Assembly (NCBI GenBank): GCA_044345955.1 | Contig: JBIJAD010000001.1 | Span: forward strand, 1 to 55,154 | Reading direction: 5' to 3' | Length of the DNA: 55,154 nt | Source of the DNA: Lysobacteraceae bacterium | Lineage (GTDB): Bacteria; Pseudomonadota; Gammaproteobacteria; Xanthomonadales; Xanthomonadaceae | Shown here: positions 8,890-18,200 of the stretch, piece after piece | How positions within the stretch are numbered: the first letter of the stretch is position 1 | How the letters are laid out: every line of letters starts with the position of its first letter | Made by a program: the position numbers and the translations under genes | Notes under the pieces: model-generated | Database searches by the model: none | The model's input: the letters and a program-made list of their open reading frames with translations, nothing else | What the model was told of the DNA's origin: nothing

Positions 8890-10758
8890 TCATGCCCATG
8901 TGCGCAACGGCAGGATCCCCCAGACGGCCAGAACGACGCACCACTGCAGAACCGCGATCAGCGGCCACGCGTCCCGATGCCGGACGCGGGGCGGCTGTTC
9001 GCGGATGCCCCGGAATACGCGCCCCCGAAAGACGCGCCACAGTCCCCACGCGGCGGTCAGCGGCAGCGCGACCGTCGCCAGCGCGAGCAGGCCGCTGGCC
9101 GCGGTCTGTTCGCCCATGCGCTCCCAGGACAGACCCACCAGCGCGAAACCGAGCGCCATCGCGACGATCGCCAGCCACACCGGCCCGAACGGATCGGCAG
9201 GGAACGCACGCGCGCGCCGCAGCAATCGCCAGGCGCCCACGACGAAGAGGTACGACACGCCGGCGAGGCCGAGCGCCAGATTGATCCAGTACGCGACCAG
9301 CAGCGCGGTCGGTACCTTGCGGTAGGTGCTGTAGCCATTGCTCCATTCGGGCCCGTCGCGCCCTTGCAGCAGAATGTGCGAAGCGTCCACCCGATCCTGC
9401 GCGCGGTAGCGTCGACCGCCCATCGGGGTCAGCGGCACGATCTCCGCGAACAGCGGCTGCACAGTCAGGCCGTCGCCGTCGCCGGCGATCCGGACCGGAT
9501 TGAGCACGACGTCGAAATACTCGAAGGCGGGCATCTTGCCGGGCAGGCGCGCATACCAGCCCAGCCACGGCGACGGGTCGTCGATCCTGCCGGCGGCGGG
9601 CTTCGCGGCCGCCGGCGCGAGCCCCAGTTGGCGAATCATCAGGGCGTCGAACACGCCGTAATCGGCGGTCTCGCTGTCCATGTTGAAGGCGATGAAGAAC
9701 GCTTTGCCTTCCTCCGGGTACAGGCACAGCATCGCCCGGAATCCGACCGTGCTGCCTTCATGGCACAGCCCGATCGCGCCATGCCGGTCGCGTCGCCACA
9801 GACCGAGGGCGTAGCCCGCCTCCAGTCCGGCGTCGGCGGCAACGGTGCCGTGCACGCGACCCATCTGCCGGAGCAGATCGGCATCGATGAAGGGCACGCC
9901 GTCGATCCTGCCGTCGCCGAGCAGGAACCGCGCGAATGCGCCCATGTCGGCGGAGGTGGTGAGGAACTGCCCGGCGGGACGGAGATGGAGCGGCCGGCTG
10001 GGGTGAGGGACGGCGCCGTCGACGTGGCCGAAGACCACGGCCGGGCCGTTCGCGTCCGGATCGGTCGCGGGCACGAAGTCGAAGGTGCTGGCGCGCATGC
10101 CCAGAGGCCGCAGCAGCTCGGCGTCGAGGAAGGCCTCGTAGCGCTGCCCGGCGATACGTTCGATGATCATCGCCACCAGGACGTATCCGAGGTTGGAATA
10201 GGAGTACTCGCTGCCGGGACGGGTGCGCACCGACAGGCGCATGTCGCGTCCGGCGAACATCGCGGCCAGCGGCTGGTCGGGCTTCGCCGTCGTGCTCATC
10301 ACCAGCGACAGGCCGGCGTCCTCCAGACCCGCGGTGTGATCGAGCAGATGCCGCAGCCGCACCGGATGCGTGCGCTCCCACGGGTTGTCGAGTGCGATCT
10401 GCGGCAACAACTGCGCCACCGGCGCATCCAGCGACACGCGCCCCAGCGCGACCAGACGCAGGACGCCGACCGCCATCACCGGCTTTGCGATCGAACCGAC
10501 CTGGAAGCGGTCCTGCGGCTGCACCGGCGCGCCTCCGGCGCGGCGCACCCCGGCCGCTTCTGACACCACGCCGCGCTCCGGATCGAGCAACATCCACGTC
10601 GCACCGGTCAAGCCTTGTCCCTGCAGCATCGTCTGCACGCGGTCGCCGGACGTCGACGCGGCGGCCGGCAGGATCGCCGCCCACAGCCACAGCCCGATCA
10701 TCGCCAGACAGACACGGCGCAGGCGGGCGGCGGCGACGGGGAGCGAAGGCGGTCGCAT
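8890..10758 (-). CDS. Class C beta-lactamase-fold serine hydrolase/peptidase with C-terminal TM helices (ClbP/XcnG-like architecture), 622 aa
   Basis: Signal peptide; SxxK (GSIAK), LxHTAGL, YSN (YSYSNLGY), HEG; about four C-terminal TM segments; ATG at 10758 immediately after the MFS stop. Confidence 0.88.
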   Translation of the reverse strand: MRPPSLPVAAARLRRVCLAMIGLWLWAAILPAAASTSGDRVQTMLQGQGLTGATWMLLDPERGVVSEAAGVRRAGGAPVQPQDRFQVGSIAKPVMAVGVLRLVALGRVSLDAPVAQLLPQIALDNPWERTHPVRLRHLLDHTAGLEDAGLSLVMSTTAKPDQPLAAMFAGRDMRLSVRTRPGSEYSYSNLGYVLVAMIIERIAGQRYEAFLDAELLRPLGMRASTFDFVPATDPDANGPAVVFGHVDGAVPHPSRPLHLRPAGQFLTTSADMGAFARFLLGDGRIDGVPFIDADLLRQMGRVHGTVAADAGLEAGYALGLWRRDRHGAIGLCHEGSTVGFRAMLCLYPEEGKAFFIAFNMDSETADYGVFDALMIRQLGLAPAAAKPAAGRIDDPSPWLGWYARLPGKMPAFEYFDVVLNPVRIAGDGDGLTVQPLFAEIVPLTPMGGRRYRAQDRVDASHILLQGRDGPEWSNGYSTYRKVPTALLVAYWINLALGLAGVSYLFVVGAWRLLRRARAFPADPFGPVWLAIVAMALGFALVGLSWERMGEQTAASGLLALATVALPLTAAWGLWRVFRGRVFRGIREQPPRVRHRDAWPLIAVLQWCVVLAVWGILPLRTWA

Positions 10759-10759
10759 C

Positions 10760-12130
10760 TCAGGACGCACTCGGCTGCGGCAGGCCATCGCCCTGCGCGA
10801 GTTGGCGCAGCGCGCGGAACTGCGACTGCTGCCAGGCCAGGCCGCACAACCCGACCATGCCCAGCCCGGCCAGCACGAACACCATGCGCATGCCGGTGCC
10901 GGTGCCGCCTTCGTAGAACCGGGCCAGATCCGCCAGCAGCCGACCCTCGGCCAGCAGCGGCCCGAAGACATGTTCGGACAGCCACGGCGAGATCAGCACC
11001 GCCAGGATCAACGCCACCGAGGCCAGGCCGGAACGCGAGGCGAACACGCGGCCCTGGATCTCCACCGGCGTCACCGTCTGCATCAGGGTCTGCGCCGCCA
11101 CCAGGATGAACGGCGCGGAGAACGAGAACACGAACACCATGACCGCGACCAGGCCCAGGTGCGTGCTCGCGCCGCAGCAGGCCATGCTGATCCCCGACAC
11201 CGCCGAGGCCAGCAGCAGTTTGCGCACGTTGTCGCCGCGCCCGGACACGGTGGCCGCGACGATCGCACCGGCCAGCCCGCCGATACCGGCGATGGTCACC
11301 AGCGTGCCCAGCACCGTGGCCGTCTCGGTCGAGAGGATCAGCGGCCGGAACAGCACCAGCACGATGCCGTTGAGGAAGTTGACCGCGCACAGGAACATCA
11401 CCAGCACCAGCAGCGTGCGGTGCCGCAGCATGTAGCCCACGCCGGAGAACTGCTGCCCGATCAATCGGCGCAGGCTGAAGCCGGTGTCCTGCTTCGGCGG
11501 CCGCACCGGCATCGGCTGGAAGCGCACGAAGGCCAGACTCACGGCCGCGGTCAGATAGGTGAAGACGTTGAGCAGGATCACCATGCCCAGCCCCAGCTCC
11601 TCCAGCACGAATACCGCGATCAGCGGCACGATGGCGGCGCTGCCGTTGATGCCCAACTGCACGAAACCGTTGGCCCGCCCGTATGCCGGACGCGGCACCA
11701 GCAGCGGGATCGACGATGCGTAGGCGACCTGGTGCACCGAGCCGAACAATGCGATCAGCGGCGAGAACGCCATGATCGTCGCGGTCGACAACTCGCCGAT
11801 CGACACCAGCACGTACAGCAGCAGCGATGCCGCGATCAATCCGATCTCCGCGCCCAGCATGACGTTGCGGCGGTGGAAACGGTCGACCAGCATGCCGGTC
11901 ACCGGCGCGAACAGGATGGTCGGCACCAATTGCGCCGCGATCACCGCGCCGAACTGGATCACCGAGCCGGTTTCCCGGTAGATCCAGATGCTGATGGCGA
12001 ACGCGGCCATCTGCGAACCGAACACGGAGACGGTCTGGCCGCGCCAGACCTTCATGAAGTCCGGGTAGCCCCGCACGTCGTTTTCGGCGCGCACGCGCGC
12101 CGGTTTGGGGTCCCTGTCGGACGTGCTCAT
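10760..12130 (-). CDS. MFS efflux transporter (DHA3/MefA-like), 456 aa
   Basis: WRGQTVSVFGSQM..FAISIWIY.ETGS; motif A GMLVDRFHRRNVM; QGRVFA; about 12 TM segments. Confidence 0.93.
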   Translation of the reverse strand: MSTSDRDPKPARVRAENDVRGYPDFMKVWRGQTVSVFGSQMAAFAISIWIYRETGSVIQFGAVIAAQLVPTILFAPVTGMLVDRFHRRNVMLGAEIGLIAASLLLYVLVSIGELSTATIMAFSPLIALFGSVHQVAYASSIPLLVPRPAYGRANGFVQLGINGSAAIVPLIAVFVLEELGLGMVILLNVFTYLTAAVSLAFVRFQPMPVRPPKQDTGFSLRRLIGQQFSGVGYMLRHRTLLVLVMFLCAVNFLNGIVLVLFRPLILSTETATVLGTLVTIAGIGGLAGAIVAATVSGRGDNVRKLLLASAVSGISMACCGASTHLGLVAVMVFVFSFSAPFILVAAQTLMQTVTPVEIQGRVFASRSGLASVALILAVLISPWLSEHVFGPLLAEGRLLADLARFYEGGTGTGMRMVFVLAGLGMVGLCGLAWQQSQFRALRQLAQGDGLPQPSAS

Positions 12131-12246
12131 ACCTGTTCCATCTCCACATCCATCTCCAGTCCCTTCCGCATCCGGGTGTCCATCTCGATCTCCCGCTCCG
12201 AACACGGGCGGCATGGGGCGCGCACGGCGGCTTCCGCGTTCAGCAT
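12127..12246 (-). CDS. Possible 39-aa small ORF filling the TE-to-MFS gap
   Basis: ATG at 12246 lies just upstream of the NRPS stop (ATGCTGA); its TGA overlaps the MFS ATG (ATGA); MLNAEAAVRAPCRPCSEREIEMDTRMRKGLEMDVEMEQV. Confidence 0.3.
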   Translation of the reverse strand: MLNAEAAVRAPCRPCSEREIEMDTRMRKGLEMDVEMEQV

Positions 12247-15200
12247 GGCGCCGCCTTCACGGCGGCGCCGCGCTCGAGGTCGGATTCTCGCAGCATCGTC
12301 GCCGGGTCGGCGAGGTCGTCGCGCATGCGCGCCGCGAGCGCGTCCAACGCCGGCGCGCGCATCAGGCTGAAGTGATCGGCGTCGAATACCCGCGACTGCG
12401 TCGGCGCGCGGCTGCAGGCGAGCACGCCGGCGACCGCGCCGGGCGCGACCACCGCGGCGGTACGCGCCGCAGCGTAGTAGTGCAAATGCCGCACCGAACC
12501 ATCGAAACGGAACTGACGTGCGGCCACTGCGCAGGCCACCACCACCTCGCGCACCCGCGCCAGCGTCGCACCGCCCCCATCCTGCGCGGGGCCGGCGAGG
12601 CCGTGGGCGGCGTCGAAACGGCGGGCGGCATCCGGATCGGCCTGCAGCAGCGCCAGCCACGCCGAGAGATCGTGCGGATCGGCCACGCGCTCGCGCAGCT
12701 CCCGCCAGGCCGCGGAGTCCTGGTCGAGCACCGTGTCGATCAGGCCCAGGTAGGCGACGGTCTCGCCCTCCGCTTCCAGCCTGCGAGCCATCGCCAGCGC
12801 GATCACACCGCCCAGCGACCAGCCGGCGAGGCGATACGGCCCATGCGGCTGCACTTGACGGATACGCGCGAGATAGGCCCCGGCGAGAGCGTCCACGCCG
12901 CGCAGTTCGACCGGGGCAACGCCCGCCAGGCCTTCGTGCTGCAGGCCGTACACCGCGCCGTCCAGACCCAGGCGCTGCACCAGCGGGCGATAGCACTGCA
13001 CATCGCCGCCGACCGGATGCACCAGGAACAGCGGAACGGCGCCATCGCCGGCCTGGAGAACGACCAGCGGATCGGCGGCGACCGGGGCACCCGCGGTCAG
13101 CAACGCGGCCTGTTCGCGGATGGTCGGCGCCGTGTATAGGCTGCCGACCGGCAGGCGCACACCGAAGCGACGATGCACCGCCTCCATCAGCACGATCGCC
13201 AGCAGCGAATGCCCGCCCTGCTCGAAGAAGCCGCGGACCGTGTCGACCTGCTCCGGCTCGAGCGCGAGCACCTGCGCCCACAGCGCGCGCAGCGCGGCTT
13301 CGCTGTCGTTGGCGGGCGGCGTCGGCGGCGCGATCGCGAGCGGACGCGGCGGTGGCAGCGCACGTCGGTCGAGTTTGCCGTTGGCCGAGAGCGGCAGGCG
13401 CTCCAGGCAGACATACGCCGCCGGGTTGAGATAGTCGGGCAGCGCGACACGCAGCGCCTGCTGCACGCGCGTCACCAGCGCCGATTGCGCTTCGTCGTCG
13501 GCGCAGTCCTCCGCCGGCACCAGATAGGCGGCCAGATACTGCCGATCGCCCTCGCCCGCCGCCACCACCACGGCGCCGCGCACGCCGTCGACGGCGCGCA
13601 TCCGGGTCTCGATCTCGCCGGGTTCGATGCGGAAACCGCGCAGCTTGATCTGCTCGTCGACGCGGCCGAGGAACACCAGCCGGCCTTCCGCGTCGAAACG
13701 CACCAGATCGCCGGTGCGATACAGGCGCGGCGCCCAGTCGGGGCCGAAAGGATTGGCGATGAAGCGCTCGGCGGTGAGTTCGGGCCGGTTGACGTAGCCG
13801 TCGCTGACGCAGTCGCCGCCGATGTGCAGTTCGCCGGGGACGCCGATCGGCACCTGTCCGCCGGCGGCGTCGAGCACGTACAGGCAGGTGTTGGACATCG
13901 CGCGCCCGATCGGCAGCGTCTCGCCCGCAGGGTCGGGGCCGACTTCGTGCATGCAGCAGCCGACCACGGTCTCGCTCGGGCCGTAGTGGTTGTAGACGGT
14001 GCTGGCCGGGAACCGCGCCTGCAGCAGACGCGCGTCGGTCGGCGAGAAGCGCTCGCCGCCGATCACGAACACGTGCCGCGCCTGTCCGGCGAAGCCCTCG
14101 GGCAGCAACGCGCACAGGCCGCGCACGTGATTGGGCGTCATCCGCAGCAGCAGGGCCGCGTCGTCGCGGGCGAGTTCGGCCGCCACCCGCGGCAGGATCC
14201 CGTCCTGCGCCGACAGACGCACGCAGCCGCCGGCGAGCAGCGGCAGATAGAGGCTGGGCACGGTGATGTCGAATCCGTGCGAGGTGACCACCAGCGATCC
14301 GTCCAGATGCGGCGCGTAATAGCGTTCCAGCGCGTACGTGCAGTATTCGGTCAAACCGCGATGCGGAACCGCCACGCCCTTGGGCGTACCGGTCGAACCG
14401 GAGGTGTAGATCACGTAGGCGCCGGCGCCGGGCGGAAGCGCCGCCGGCAGACACTGGTCCCGCCACGGCGCGCCCCAGCCGGCGTCGAAACAGCCGTCCA
14501 GCGCGAGCCGCTGCGTGTGCGCATCGGCCAGCGCTTCGCCCAGGCCGCGCACGTCCAGCACCACCCGCGCCTGCGCGTCGGCGAGAATCTCGCGCATGCG
14601 CGCCGGCGTGTTGCGCAGCTCCAGCGGAATGTAGCGCGCGCCGGCGCGCATCACGCCGAGCAGCGCGGCCATCAATTCCGCCGACGGGTCCATGCACACC
14701 GCGACGCAGTCGCCGGCGCGGATGCCGGCGGCGAGCAAGCGGCGCGCGATCGCGTCGGCCGTCGCGAGCAGTTCGGCGTAGGCGATCGCGCGACGCTCGT
14801 CGCGCACCGCGACGGCCTCCGGCGCGCGCAGCGCCGTCTCGGCGATCAGCTCGTGCACGCCGCGGTCCTGCGGATACGACCGGCGGGTCAGGTTCCATTG
14901 CGCCATGCGCGCGAGATCGTCGGCCGGCGTCAGCGGCAACTGCAGCAGATCGCGGTCGGGCTGGTCGATCGCGGCGCGCAGGAACAGCGCGTAACTCTCG
15001 GCCAGCCGCGCGATGGTGGCGGCGTCGAACAGACTGCGGGCGTAGGTCCAGTCCAGCTCCAGACAGCCGTCGATCTCGCGCACCGACAGGCCGAGATCGA
15101 CCTTGGTCTGGACCGCATCGACCGCGACGCCTTCGATCGTCACGTCGTCCAGCGCGAACTCGGCCGCGGCGTTGTTCTGCAGCACGAAGAGGATCTGGAA

Positions 15201-18200
15201 CAGCGGCGAAGCGCTGCGGCTGCGCGGCGGGCGCAGCGCCTCCACCAGCATTTCGAAGGGCGCGTCCTGGTGCGCGTAGGCATCCAGGGCCAGGGCGCGG
15301 CTGCGCGCCAGCGCATCGCGGAAGCTGCCGTGATCCTCGGGCAGACGATGGCGGAAGACCAGAGTGTTGATGTACAGGCCGATCGAGTCGTCCAGTTCGC
15401 CGCGCGCCCGGCCGGCGACCGGGCTGCCGATCGCGATCTCGCGCGCATTGCTCCAGCGCATGAGCACGCAGGCCAGCGCGGCCTGCAGGCACATGAACAG
15501 GGTCGCCTGATTCTCGCGCGCGAAATCGACGGCGGCGGCGGTGAGCGTTGCGTCCAGCATCTGCCGGTGACGGCCGCCTGCGTAATCGGGCGCATCCGGG
15601 CGCGGACGGTCGAGCGGCAGACTGTGCAGCGGCGGCAGGTCCTGCAGCGCCGCGGTCCAGTAGGCCAACTGGTGATCGAGTTCGCGCAGTTGCGCGGGCG
15701 CGCGCTGCCACACCGCGTAGTCGCCGTACTGCACGGCCAGCGGCGCCAGCGGATCGGGCTCGCCCTGGCGGCCGGCGCGGTACAGCGCCGCCAGTTCGCG
15801 GGTGAGCACGCCCATCGACCAGCCGTCGGAGGCGATGTGGTGCAGCGTGCACAGCAGGATGTGTTCGTCGGCGGCCAGCGCGAACAGATGCACGCGGATC
15901 ATCGGGCCGGCCTCGAGGTCGAACGGCCGCAACGCCTCGTCGCGCAGCGCCGTGGCCAGCGCAGCCTGGTCGGCGCCGCGCAGATCGGTCGCGCCGAGGA
16001 CGAGCGGCCGGGCCGGATGCACGCGCTGCATCGGTGTGCCGTCGATGATCCCGTAACCGGTGCGCAGGATCTCGTGACGCGCGAGGATGCGGTCGAAGGC
16101 CGCCTGCAGCGCGGCGATGTCGAGCGGGCCGCGCAGACGCAGGGCGGTCGGCAGGTGGTACTGGGTGCTGCCGTTCTCGATCTGGTGGATGTACCACAGC
16201 CGCTGCTGCGAATGCGACAGCGGCAACGGGCGCGAACGATCGACCGCAACCAGCGGTTCCAGCGTCTCGCGCTGCAGGCCCGCCAGCAGCGCCGAGAACC
16301 CGGCGAGCGTTGGCTGGGCGAACACGCTGCGGACGCCCGGACGCAGGCCCAGCACCTGCTGCACGCGGTTGACCAGACGCATCGCCAGCAGGGAATGTCC
16401 GCCCAGCTCGAAGAAATGATCGTGGCGACCGACCCGCTCCACACCCAGCAGTTCCTGCCAGACCTCCGCGACCCGGGTTTCCAGCATCCCGAGCGGCGGC
16501 TCGAAACTGCGCTGCGCGAGCGCGGCCGGATCCGGCGCCGGCAAGGCGCGGCGGTCGAGCTTGCCGTTGGCCGACACCGGGAGCGCCGGCAGGAACAGGA
16601 AGAGCGCCGGCAGCATGTGTTCGGCCAGACCGCGCGCGAGCTGTTCGCGCAGCGACGCCGGCGTCGGTTCGGCCCCGTCCTTCGGCACGACATAGGCGAC
16701 CAGGCGCATGTCGCCCGGGCGATCCTCGCGCGCCAGCACCACGGCATCGGCGACGCCTTCGCAGGCGTGCAGACCGGCCTCGATCTCGCCGAGTTCGATC
16801 CGGAAGCCGCGGATCTTGACCTGGAAATCGTTGCGGCCGAGGTATTCGATCGCGCCGTCGCGGCGGAAGCGACTGAGGTCGCCGGTGCGGTACATGCGCG
16901 CCTCGGGATCGGCCACGAACGGGTCGGGCAGGAAACGCTCCGCGGTCAGCTCCGGACGATCGAGATAACCGCGGGCGACCTGATCGCCGCCGATGTACAG
17001 CTCGCCGGGCACGCCGACCGGCACCGGCTGGCGGCGTGCGTCGAGCACGTACATGCGGCAATCGGCGATCGGGTGCCCGATCGGGACGTCGCGATCCGCC
17101 GATGTGCAGTGCCAGTGGGTGACGTGCACGGCGGCCTCGGTCGGGCCGTAGAGGTTGTGCACGCCGACCTGCGGCAGGAACGCATGCAGCCGGTGCTGCA
17201 GCGCCAGCGGCAGGGCCTCGCCGCTGAGCAGCACGTAGCGCAGCGTCGCGCAACGCGCGGCCTGCGCCTGTTCGAGGAACAACTGCAGCATCGACGGGAC
17301 GAAGTGGATCACGCTGATCGCTTCGCGCTCGACCACCTCGCACAGATAATCCGGATCCTGGTGGCCGCCGGGACGCGCCATCACCAGGGTGGCGCCGGCA
17401 TGCAGCGGCAGGAAGAACTCCCACACCGACACGTCGAACGAGAACGAGGTCTTCTGCAGCAGACGATCGGCCGCGGTCGGGCCGAACTTCGCCTGCGCCC
17501 ACAGCAGCGCGCTGGCGACGCCGCGATGGGCGTTCATCGTGCCTTTGGGGCGGCCGGTCGAGCCCGAGGTGTAGATCACATAGGCCAGGTGTGCGGGCGT
17601 CAGACCCAGCGCCTGCGGGTCCGGGTTGATATCCGGCTGCCCTTTCCAGGCGGCGGCATCGTCGTCCAGCGCCAGCACCGGCACGCCACTGTCTGCGGGC
17701 AACCACTCCGCGATGGCCCCGCGCAGGGCGTCCTGGGTCAGCAGGGCCACCGGAGCGCTGTCGCCGAGCATGTAGGCCAGGCGATCGGCCGGATAGCCGG
17801 GGTCCAGCGGCACGTAGGCGCCACCGGCCTTGAGCACGCCGAGCAGGCCCACGACCATCTCGACGCTCCGCTCCACGCAGATCGCCACCCGGGCATCCGG
17901 CGCCACGCCGAGCGCCAGCAACCGGTGGGCGACGCGGTTGGCGCGGCGATTGAGTTCGGCGTAGGTCAACCGCTGCGCCTCGCACGCCAGTGCGATCGCG
18001 TCCGGGGTCCGCGCGGCCTGCGCCTCGAACAACGTGTGCAGCAGACCGGCATGTCCGGCGTTGCGCTCGCGCAACCGGCGAAAGGCCGGTTGCAGCGGCG
18101 CGCCGTCGGCACCCGGGGCGGTCTCCGGTGCGCATTGCCAACGCGCCAACCGCGCCCGATCATCCTCGGTCACCAGCGGCAGCGCGTGGATGTCGGCGTC

